Shown here: positions 23,063-35,054 of the stretch, piece after piece | How positions within the stretch are numbered: the first letter of the stretch is position 1 | Layout: every line of letters starts with the position of its first letter | Source: Antedon mediterranea | Lineage: Eukaryota > Animalia > Echinodermata | Assembly: GCF_964355755.1 (NCBI RefSeq) | Contig: NC_092672.1 | Coordinates: 29,642,437 to 29,706,436 of the forward strand | Direction of reading: 5' to 3' | DNA length: 64,000 nt | Notes under the pieces: model-generated | Database searches by the model: none | The model's input: the letters and a program-made list of their open reading frames with translations, nothing else | What the model was told of the DNA's origin: nothing | Translations under genes and position numbers: made by a program

Positions 23063-25724
23063 CAGTCGGAAAGCCGCGTTGGTAACGCATCACTGATTTC
23101 ATTCATTGTGAGGGCGCGCTTCGTGGAAAATGTTGGAATTTTTGCTATTTTAGTACACTTTGAAAATTGTATAATTTTGATATTAGATGAAATCAATAAA
23201 CGTATTTCAATAGTTGAACTGCAAGCGTAAATAATGATAAAAACTGTGATCTAAATTCCACAGTTTTTTTGTTTCGAGAAATATCATTATTTTGTGTATA
23301 AACTTTTTTATTTATATTTTTTTTTAAATGATAGTAAAAAATCATTAAATTTCATATTTTCTAGATAAGGTTTCAAAGCGAATTTAAAATCCTTTCAAGA
23401 TAAACTATTAAGCTATCTATTAAAATAATTTTAAGCTTTCTTGGGATGCAACTCCCACTAATCAAACCAAACCTACTACATTTCTGTTCAGTTACGATCG
23501 AAAAACCGCCATTTTGAAACTTTGTTTACGTTTTACGAAGCTGGTACGAATCGACCCGGACCGAATCGTGTCCCTGTTTAATCCGGTTGTTCATGCAGGC
23601 GTACTGCGTCACAGGCCTAAGGTTTCAATCTGCTGCCCGATTATTGTTCTATTTGGTTTCTGATCTAGGAAAGGCCTACTTAGACTAGCTACTATAATTA
23701 CTTACTTAACTTCTAGCCTAGCTAGGCCTAAACATAGTATTTTCTAGGCCTAGGCCTAGTTAGGCTAGTAATTCTGATAGTAGTTTGTGTTATAGGGCCT
23801 ATTATAGTAGCTGGAGTAGAAGTAGACATAATCTGGGTATATACCAAGCAAGAAGAAGCCTGAAGAAGAACCTAGGCCCAGAAATAATTACAAAAACTGT
23901 TAAAAAAACAATAAATTGAAAAACAAAGTGCCAAAAGATAACCCATTTTCAATTTATATATAAATATGGTGGGGAATGTTATTTATAAAATCAGGCATCT
24001 TTTGTTTGAGAAACTCAACCATGTATTTTTATATGGTCATGTTTTTAAAAAAGATAATTATTAGCCCATCATTTACTTGAGTATTGTTAATTGGTTGGTA
24101 CTTATAAGTATATCAATATCTGGCAGTAAATGTCACACTTGTATACAGAAATATTCTATTACTTTATTAGATACAACTTACATTTCACACAAGCAATACA
24201 TTTTTTCTTTTTATGTATACATATACAGAATGTGAAAAAATACAACCTTTCAAACAATTACCGGTACTGATACAAATAGTAAATACTACTGTATATAAAA
24301 ACTTCTAATAACACCTTGTTCATCAGACATAACAAACTAGCTAGGCCTAATACTGTAAATATAAAATATGCCACCATATGTACTTTTTAGATATCATTTT
24401 TACTTGAGTCTTACTGTTGTACTGATTTTATGATTGTTTTATGTTTATATTGTATGCATCTGTGCGACTCTGGTTAATAAAGTAAATCAATCAATCAATT
24501 GCAACTTAATTTATATCTTTATAAAAATTTACTGATCTGAAACACTTCTACAACTTAAATGAATATAAATTTATATGTTATATTAGCGAATAAAATGAAA
24601 AACTATTAGCAATGATATTGAAATCGAGAAAACCACTTTACAGCTTCCACCGTCCAACCTCATATTGAAGAACGAGATAGAAAATCTTGATACCAACAAA
24701 AAACCTGAAATGAAAATGAATAGCTGAAATGTAAAGAACTATTTAAATAATTGTCACTATGACGAAAACATTTTCTTAAATACTGTATAATTATATAATT
24801 ATTCCACAACCTGAAAACATATTCAGATACAATATGACTGGAGACCTACCATAAAAAAGCACTAAACACAAAACTTCCTTGTGTCTGTATATTTATTGTA
24901 TAATTAATAATACAGTAAATAAATTGTACCCATCAGTTGCCAACAATAATGAGGATATTTAACTATAATGTCAGGCTGCGATTGGCTTAATTATCTTTTT
25001 AAAACCTTCCCAACGCATCTTCAATATAGAGTAGGATTAACGAAACTTTAATAATACTAAATTGTAACTAAAGTATTTTAATTATCAACATGTTACTAAG
25101 GCTAAGCCTAGGCCGATATTACGACAACGATCCACCAGGTCGTGCACACACCCACACCTGCAACAACCACAATCAACACACCATGCACCACACACGACGG
25201 AACTAGTGCCGCGAGACGTAACAATTATGTGAAATGAGGACCTTTTTTAAAATGTTCGCTGTAGGAAGCTTAAATAGGGTTTCAAGCCAATTTTAACGTA
25301 AAACAGACTATTGATACTTACTCTATCCATATACGCCGATTTTTTGGTAATTCACTATATGGGATGCAAATCCCACTAATGGAAAATTTGTAAACAAACA
25401 CAAGTTAGAATACTTCAGCTTTGACGGCTGCACACGAACTTTGGAAAGAAACTGTCACTGACAACAAATCCTACAAATTATTCCGAAAATTAGGTGACCT
25501 GCGACATCTTAAACATATAAGGAACTGATCTTACCATATATGGTTAATTTTTCGCCTATTAATGTTTATTAAACAGCTATAAAATGACGTATACTTTATG
25601 CTAATGTTTTCGCGCGAAACGTTGATGCCTCTGTGCCGAGAGAGGGCTTCTAAAATTAATGACGTCATGCGAAGTCGAAAATTTCGCGATAACGGTCATA
25701 TTTCCCAACGCGGCTTTCCGACTG
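23063..25724. mobile_element. 2.66-kb non-autonomous TIR element, 20-bp perfect TIR, apparent 3-bp TSD (AAT)
   Basis: cagtcggaaagccgcgttgg (23063-23082) and ccaacgcggctttccgactg (25705-25724), flanked by aat on both sides. Confidence 0.75.
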
Positions 25725-26756
25725 AATCAGGGAAGAGTTAATTAACCAAATAAATCTACTCATATCAGATCGATCTGAGAGAATTAAAAAGATGCTAATA
25801 TTACGTAACTCATACTTGAATGTTTAGAAATGACCCCATGTGATAAAAGTATAAACAAACTCGTTTGTTTTTATATTGTGTCCACACTGAGGCTTTATTC
25901 ACTAGGTGATCATGTGTCCACACTGATGACCATATTTATGTCTACATAAGTAGTCATTATTTCTCCAACAAATGTTCAGTGCAGCGTACGTATCGATTGG
26001 AGATTATCTGATATTACAGTCTCTTGATATAAATGCTGAACGTGAATTCCGTCAACACCATTAAACCACATTATCATCCGAATCGAACATATTGTACTGT
26101 ACCATCATCCACCGTAACCAGAACCACACATCTGTATAATCACTATCATGTTTATGGTGTAGTTATTTCCATTTTTTCCGAAGTCACAATTCTAATTTTC
26201 ATCAGCAGTTCCATGGGGCATTTTATTGTCCATGATTGTCCATTATAATCGTCATTATCATCATATAACCATCATTATTATTATCATCATCATCAGCAGC
26301 AGCAATATTGCATCATCGATTCATCGTCATCATTATCATCCTTAAATCATCATCTCCATCACTGGCAGACAATGAGAGCACTCAAGGCAAGGCATGAGAC
26401 ACATAATCATCGTAATCATTATTAGGACTACTGTACCATCCCCCACATCGTCCATCATCAATGCAATTGGTATATTTCTTTAATTGTTTATTACCATTAG
26501 AACTAAGGAGAAATTTTCGGGATCCAACGAAGAATTCCCTTAGGTGTCTCCTGATAGGGGTCGGTCGTATTGTGTAGTGTTAAAACATATATTTATTCTC
26601 GTGTATTACACGTGGGAATGTGCCTCCTCCTGAATAGGGTGTCCTAAAGGGGGAGTTCTACTTCATATTGTTAATACTTGAACTTCAGTGACATCAATAG
26701 CGTCTAAATGTTTCGAATCAATGAACTAAACGAATTATCGATTGTTTTCTATTCAG

Positions 26757-27984
26757 AATAGGAGCAAATCGATGAGCCCTGGGAGGACAAAGGATGCGTC
26801 TTCTACATCAATCGTGAACAATCTATCCCCTAGGCGTGAACGTAGGAAAAAAATATCTATGAAAGAAATTAATTTATCCCCACGAAGACGACCTTCCCGC
26901 CGAACGCCTGGGACAAACCATGTAATAGACGACCTGAACAAACTTCGTCTGGACGGACATTACTGTGACGTCACTCTTATTGCAGACGGTAAACGACATC
27001 TCGTGCATAAGAATATTTTAGTGGCGAGTAGTCCGTATTTTAAAGAGTTGTTTGAAGCCAAAGGTAACCAATACAAATCGGAATTTAGGTTGATTGGTGT
27101 CCGCAGCTCAGCATTGTCTGTTGTTCTTGGTGTTGTGTACACTTCCAGTCTGAATGCTTCCGATGTGAGCGAACTTGACGACTTGCGGGAAACGCTTCGA
27201 ATTGCGTACACTTTACGTATAGAAGTTAATGTCGTCTGCGGTAAGTTTATGATCGCGCGTTTGAAGTGTATGAATTGTGTAGATTATTTTTTGCTCACCA
27301 AAGAGTTCTACATGGACGATATCAGGAATGAGGTTGTTGGGTATATTGCTAAGAGTTTTGGTGAAGTCATTGAAAGTAATCTCTATTTACCTCTGTCTTG
27401 CCAACAGATAATTAACTTTTTAAGTAGAGATGATCTATCGGCAAAGTCTGAGATTTCGAATTTTGAAGCTGTTATGGAATGGTTACGGAGCGATTGGCCG
27501 GACCGAAAAGACTACGCCCCGCTTATTATGACCCACATTCGTTTTCCTTTTATATTTGACATCCCAATGACATCGTAAACAATGTCATACCATTTATTAC
27601 GACACCAGCATTCCTTCCAAACTCTAACATGTGCAACAACGGACGTCTTTGTTGTCTTAGGTGGTGAGGATATGCAAGGGTTAACCAGTGAACAAACATA
27701 CGTATGTGATATTGAGACAAACGTTTGGAAACCGTTCACAGACATGCCAATTCGAAGACTCGATTTAGCTGTGGCCACCATGGATAATTTCTTGTACGTA
27801 GTAGCTGGTGGCCAGTTCTCTGGCGATTCCTTAGGCATTGACAGCATTGGCACGGTTCACCAGTATAATCCACGGTTTGATACCTGGAGTCAACTCTGTC
27901 CTATGAAAAAAAGACCCTCGCTGTTCTCTTTAGATGGAATGAATACGTATCTGTATGCAGTTGGTGGGAAGAATACTCAAGGAT
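26757..27984 (+). pseudogene. BTB-BACK-Kelch (kelch-like, KLHL9/13/26-type) pseudogene fragment
   Basis: BTB (CDVTLIADGKRHLVHKNILVASSPYF), BACK (SEISNFEAVMEWL..HIRFP) and two kelch repeats (NFLYVVAGG, YNPRFDTW, YLYAVGG). In-frame TAA at 27576-27578; truncated after kelch 2. Acceptor ttttctattcag precedes 26757. Confidence 0.8.
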
Positions 27985-29364
27985 TAAGTTCTCGAACATT
28001 TTACCAGAGTGCGTAATCAGACACAGATGTTGTATACTATCTGTACCACAATCACGCTTACTTTGATCTGATTAAGTTCTCGAACATTTTACTATTACTG
28101 TACGGACCATATCAAAATTATTCTACTGTAGTAACTACAATTTGCTTTCGTTTTAACTGGATGGCATTATTTAACAAGTCATTTTTGGGTGGTAATCGTA
28201 CATGCTGTTTATTACATAACATAATGCATTGAAAAATAATATAGTTACTGCAGTAACCCCAGTGGAATAATTTTGATATTGTCCCTTAGTTATTGAAAGT
28301 GGAAAAGGAGAAACACATTTTGCTCCGGCATTTTTTTTTTTACGTGTGTATGGATCTTTTTATTGTGTTGTCAAAAACGTTGTGGATTTTCAATTTCGAT
28401 GTCTGTTTTTTTTAAGTTACAACTCCTATTAATACTACCAGCTCATTAAAACAAAAAAATCTAAGTTTTGTAATTTTGTTAATGCTTTTAAAGCATTTAA
28501 ACACAAATAATAAGTTCACTTTATAAAAAGACAGAATAGACTTAAATTAACCAAAACCCATTACCATTTTACTTTTTCTTGCTTTAAATTACAGTTTTTC
28601 TGGTAAATAATTTCATTTTTTTCGATCCAAACTATTATGTGAAACTAAAATGGAATATTTAAAAAAAAAAAAATTTAGGAGGACAATATGTTTAATGTTT
28701 TCTATTCGTAACCATCACAGTGACTTTTCATAGTTGACTATTTGGCTTGAGTGAGCCCTCGATATTTTCATAAGTTTCATATTTTTATTCGTATTCGTAT
28801 TCAACTTCCTCGTTTTGTTGACTATTTTAAACTTGATATTTTTTTTTATTCTGGTGGTACAGTGTGTAAAAAAAAATAGAACTCAACGAAAGTGCGTTGA
28901 GATTAGTTTGAACTAAACAATTGTATAAAGCCCGCGAGAAAGAACGACCAGTATTTTACTTTTTTTTTTTACTCGTTGGCCTCCTGTGAATAAATTTCTT
29001 TTTTAATTTGTACTTTCCGTTTTTTTACATTTTATTTGTAACTGTTATACCGAGTTTTACGAACCTATAAAATTAGACGGAAAATATTTTACAATTTTTA
29101 TATCGCTGTGTGACGTTGATTAGATTTGTGATAATGGTGTCCTGCAGTGTGTAGAATACATCGGGACAAACAAAGCAAGTACTTATGATACACTATGTGT
29201 GCCAACATTTTATTGACAAATATTAAGCCGAATTGCTGTCAAGAACCTAGACTAGACGAAACTTTATCATATGAAAAAGATTACGCATGCGTAAGGCAGG
29301 TGGCGCCATTTTCCGTACCTAAAGAGCCAACAATATCGGCTCCTAGTCCTGGTGGTGGAACAAG

Positions 29365-29468
29365 TCTCCTCGGACTATAAATCGTAGGTCCAGTATAGGC
29401 CTACACAGTGTGTCCGTGTGCACTTTAAAGGACTCAGTTCATTATTCGACGAGTAGGGGTGAACTGGT
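29365..29468 (+). mobile_element. SINE fragment resembling the Deu domain
   Basis: cgtaggtcc..gtgtccgtgtgcactttaaagga...gagtaggggt resembles the DeuSINE central domain (recalled, not searched). Confidence 0.4.
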
Positions 29469-29822
29469 TCATTCATTCATTAAATCTTTTATTTCGAAAT
29501 CTCAGGTCCATAGAAAGTAAAATTATTAATTAAAAGATAAGCACTAATTACTACTAGGCCTACTCATCTCAGGATGGCATTCCACATGGAGGGCATCTTT
29601 GACTTATACAAGACGTTGCCTTTAATCGTTGGGACTGAACATTTACTATAGGTAATCCTTCGCCTAATGACATGACAGTGCCTAAATGCATAAAATAAAA
29701 AATAAAATAAAAGTATACCGTAGGCCTACATGTTAATATCATCATCAGCCTAATCATCATAACGTTACGTAACCTGTGGTGTAATGTGTGTCGTCATCCA
29801 CGCGTCTTCTTTTTTTCGGTGA

Positions 29823-30029
29823 AGCGTGGTTCCCACTGAGCGACGCAACGTAACGCAACATACGCAGCGTAAGAAAATGCCCTTCCAATCATTTTGTTTG
29901 CCCCCGCCTGCGTGAAATAAAACCTGAGATGTTTGCAGCACTATTGCATCGTCGGTTCCCACTTGTGATCGCAATACAGCACTTTGCGTCGATACGTCGC
30001 TGCGTTACGTCCTAGTGGGAACCACGCTT
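29823..30029. mobile_element. Harbinger-like MITE (TIR GCGTGGTTCCCACT)
   Basis: agcgtggttcccact ... agtgggaaccacgct. Related to 40847-41002 and to partial copies at ~1360-1396 and ~34026. Confidence 0.75.
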
Positions 30030-30989
30030 AAGTATTGCCTTGTCGTCGACGTTTGTCACCAACTACATCGACCGCGCTAATTACAACAATACATTGATAG
30101 CATTGTAAGGGATTTGATGCTGCTTCTGGTTCTTCACACAGGTATTCTATAATCACATTAATTATTGTGAACATGCAAAAGACAGCGTATCAATTAAAAA
30201 TTAATTGGGAGTATACATCGTACTTTAGGTATAATCTGGTTGATAATTTTGGCTACCCACAGGTGCTAATGGTAAACTTGAGACTTGAAAAATACTTATT
30301 GGGTGTGGGTATATTTTAAAAAGTTCGCCTATTATTAGAAGCATTAAAAACAAATTAAAAAATCAAATGGAGGATAAAGTAAAAAACATAGACAATATAT
30401 CAAGCCACAAATAAATATTTTAAAAAATTACTGGATTTATACAATTTAAAAGACTACACTAGTATGGATATAGGCCTATTTAGACTCTCCGGAGATGATT
30501 CACCTGCAAAAATTGAACTAATAAATGAATGTAACAGAATAGTAAAAAGACCAAGAGAGGAAGAAAAAATAAACATGGAACAACACAACAATTAAAAAGG
30601 AAATATAAATTATAATAGTGTAAGAGAAACACCATAGAACCATCCTGTCCGGCAGAGCGGAAGTAGAATAAAATAGGTAAAAGCGCCATGTCGCAAGACG
30701 AGAGGATGATAAAGATGACAGTTCACCTCTTGAGCCCCACACTTAAGTAGCCCAAAAGGCTTGTCCAATAACTCCATACACTTGGACAGACGTTGCGTTT
30801 ACTAAATCGTAGAGCTATGCGTTTCAGAGATCACTGTAGATTATTCCCAAACTTGAAAAGAAATTACTTTCAATAATTCAATAATGCACTTTTATGAAAA
30901 CTGCATAAGTTCTGATGGTAAAGCTTAGTCCAATCTACATTAGCAAAGAAACTCTTTGATTGCAAACTTCAGAATCATATGACTACAAA

Positions 30990-31196
30990 TAAACATAGAA
31001 GGACACTCAGAGAGCGAGAGCAAAACCTCCGCCTATATAGGCATTAAAATTGAATCATATTGTGTTCCAATACACCTATGAAATCTTCCTTTAAAATCGT
31101 ATGAACATTTTGAGTAATCCTGCTAAGAAATATAGAAAGAAAAAAACACGCCTGATTGACCTCATAACCTCTCGCGATTATTCTGGCGGAGGTAAA
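30990..31196. mobile_element. Short Helentron/HINE-like element
   Basis: acctccgcc near one end and a stem ending ggcggaggtaa at the other (sub-TIR architecture). Confidence 0.5.
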
Positions 31197-32576
31197 GACA
31201 CAAACATCAGCAAATTAGTTTGTCAAGAAGGTACATACCCTACTTCTGTAACAAACTAGTTTTCTGCTACTTTGGAAAACTGTTCTTGTTAAATTCGGAG
31301 TTTGCTGGTATTCGCAAATGCATATTTATATAAAGCATTACAAACCTTTGATTATTATCTAATACTTCATAATAGCGTAACACTATTTCATAATAGTCAG
31401 CATTTAATTTGACTATTGCAAGTATATAAAGCCATCAAACATTATGTGACAAAAAATGTGATGTACGGACCCATATATATGGACATGATGATGTCATATC
31501 ACTACCATATGTCGGCATATCACTACGTATGGGCATATCACATTCTTTTTTTGTCAAACTAGTTTGATATGTAGACAGAGCTTTAAATGAAATTAATAAT
31601 GCGAAATTGTTTTAAGTAGGCTATTCTACAGAGCAAATTTTTTACAATTGACAAAATCGTAATCTCCATTAAAAAAAAATGTACAGTGGTCGATTTTGAA
31701 ATTTTGAAATATAAATTGTCCACTTTTTTTAATATAGTTGTCATCAATATTTTAAGATATTTAACGTAGGCCTACATGATTGTAAACCAGGAAGAGATAA
31801 TTCCACATAATTTTACAAATTATTACATTTATATTTCCTAAACTCAAAAATAATCTCTTTGATCTTGTTGCCATTTACAGCTATATAAGAACTTGTTATA
31901 GATCAAACTAATTTTGTAACATAAACTTTTTTTATCTGCAATGCCAGTCAAATAGTAGTATATAAAAAATGACAAAAAATCGGAAACAATAGAGTACACA
32001 TCGGTACAAAATGTAACAGCGTACGCTGTTCCGTCGCATCCTTTGATTTAAAAATCGTTTGAACGCAAGTAGTAGGCCTAATTCCTTGATCATGGCCATT
32101 AATCGCCACGTTCTTAATGTGTGGAATGCCTTGTTGCATTGACTTTTTATATAATTATAAACATTTTGTTTTTGTTCTATGAGATTTAGATTTTGTTTTT
32201 CTCGTTTGTTATTGGATATATTGTGTCACCATGGTATTCCGAAATAAAAATATGAATGAATGAATTTCGTTGCAACTGTTACGATCACATCAAAATATTT
32301 ACCTACACACTTTATTTATCAATCACGGTAATAATGTATAATATATTTTTGTCTCAAAGAAAAAATATCAGTATATAATATAAAATATCGGTTCATCATG
32401 TACTATTTGACCATTTTATTGATTACAATATAGACGCCAACAGACTAAGCGGGTGCTTGACAATGGGTACCTATACTTAAATGTAGGCATACACAAAGAC
32501 AAAAACAAAATAAAATATATACATTCGAATACATAATAAAATAGCAATATGAGTCCCCACAACCCGTCAGTATCTC

Positions 32577-35032
32577 CAGTGAGACACGTCCCCTGATGGG
32601 AAAGGGGGAAATCCCCTTTACTATCCTGACCCCTTGACGACGGTTGTAAACAATGTTTCGTCAAGCGCACATTAAAGTGTTTACCACAGGAAAAGGTAAT
32701 TAAAAACACAGGAGAAACCCCATGGCCCATTTACACTAGAACGATAACGATCAACGATAAATAGAAAAATATGCATTTTGCATACAGAAAACAAAAGAAA
32801 TATAAAAACTTTTCCTTCTAGAACTATACAATAAACATCTAGGCTATGCTTCATTTGATAAAAATGATATTTTCAAACGTCCAATCAAATGATGTTATGA
32901 TTATTAAGTAATATTAGTAGTAATTAGTAATTAATTTTATTTTATTGTTTTTATTTATCATGACCTCATTTGATTTTGGAATTTTTAAAATTTAATTGTT
33001 ATCAAAGACAGCATAAATGATTATCCTATAGTTATAGAACGAAAACCTTTCTAATTCTTTTGTTTTATGTAATAAAAATGCATGCTTATATATTTATCGT
33101 CGATCGTTATCGTCCTAGTGTAAATGGGCCTTTAGATCACGAACGACTTTTTAGATTTAATATATATTTTAAAATTCTTAGGTATGCATATTTGGCGATT
33201 CTTAGTATGTACTCAATTTCAATTTTATAATGTTATAGGGCCTAGAGAACATTCATCGTAGGCCGTGAGGTAATTTCCCGCATGATCGTAATCAAAACGG
33301 TACTGGGTTTTACAGAATTGTTATTGGTCAACGTCGTTGCGTCTTGGTAGTGATGTATAACCAATGTATGATGGAACATCACTGTGCACCGAGCAGAAAC
33401 GTAGGCCACAACCTTGCTACGTGGTTTGCCTGACCATAGTTATAACATAGTATCGATGATTTATTTTTATAGATATTATTGTGATCAACTCATGAGTATT
33501 TATTATACTACGTCATCTCTGAACCAGTACATCTTCCTTCTACATATCGGATCGCACGTGCATTAAAATGCGAACGCCAGCGTATAAAGTAAACCAAACA
33601 TAAATCGCACAGAAATTGGAGATAATTATATAAAAAGTTCGGTCCGTTACAGTTTTTACGAGACTCTTCTCAAACAGTTTAATGATTTGCATGTTACGAA
33701 GAAAGATTTCAGATCTTTAACAATGAATTATTAGATAAGATAAACAAAAATAACTCCACAGGTATAACACTGTTTCATTAGGAGTCGCGAGATCGAAGAC
33801 ATACCATTCTCATTAAAACACAAATACATAATCAATTTAGTCAGTGCAATCTTTGAAATAAATACAATTAACAGACAACTTTGTTTCATTTCCTTTATTC
33901 AGAACTAGAAGAAACTAAAAAAATCTTCAAAATAATGTAAACGGATACTTATCTACAATATGGTGTAATTCTACTCAGTTCATTATTACAAAATAATAAA
34001 ATGTATAAAAAATGTATATACCTTAAGCCTGGTTCTCACTAGAAACAACGCAACGACGTAAGATAAGGAAATACTCTATCAATTTTGCATCCCCTCTCCC
34101 CCACCTCTTACGAGAAATTGGATTAACTGCCGTGATGAACGTAAAGCAGCAGAAAATGTGTTATAACGTCTACGGTACCGTGCTTACGTAATCGGTTGCC
34201 TCAGCGCAATGTTATATGTTATTGCGTCAATACTTTGAATATTTCGTTGCATCTTAGTTGGAACCAAACTTTCAAACTAATAATAGTTTACTCCTATACT
34301 ACTGAAGTCAATAATTGACAGGTTATTATTGACGGTTTATTTATTTTAAATACCATTACAGTAATACTTTACTACTCTGAAGGTCCATTGTACATTATAT
34401 ATAGACAAAAGTGTACTGCTGGTATTTCAGATTAATATTGTAATCCATTACATAACATATGTTAAACCAAGATTTATTTATTTCAAATACCATTATAGCA
34501 TTACTTTAACTACTCTGAACGTCCATTGTACATTATTTATAGACAATAGAAATACTACTGGTATTTCAGATTAATATTGGAATTCATTACTTAACATATG
34601 TTAAACTAAGGTTTATTTATTAAAAAAAATTAACTTTACTACTGAAAGTTCTTCTGTTCACATATTAATATTAGTCTAATACCGTCAGTGTTCTAATCCA
34701 AGTAAACATCAAGAGTAAATACAAGATGACTTCAAGACTATTTGTGTACTATCACCACCTCTATGCAAATGAGTAAATAGTAAATGCGATTATAATGCAT
34801 TGAAAACAGTTCATTAATTTCTAACTATCACTTTGTACAATATTGAAACAAAATATCATCAAATCACATTTGCAGTAGGCTCTACTTATAAAACACCATT
34901 TGGTGACACTTTTCTTATTAAAAGAAAAAATTGTTTGTGGAATCCATTTTGCACACATTGAGATGGCAGAACGTTTGAGTTGGAGAGGAATAATCAATTA
35001 ACCAAGTAGATTACAGTCAATTTTATTTACAT
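32577..35032 (-). repeat. Inverted segmental duplication, right copy (NLR 3' UTR and downstream), lacking the three insertions
   Basis: Reverse complement of 423-12426 without the three insertions. Confidence 0.95.
32724..33130. mobile_element. Intact 407-bp Harbinger-like MITE
   Basis: Long imperfect TIRs ggcccatttacactag..ataacgatc / gatcgttatcgtcctagtgtaaatgggcc. A further fragment lies at ~63838-63882. Confidence 0.8.
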
Positions 35033-35054
35033 CTACAAGTGATATTGTGTGTCT

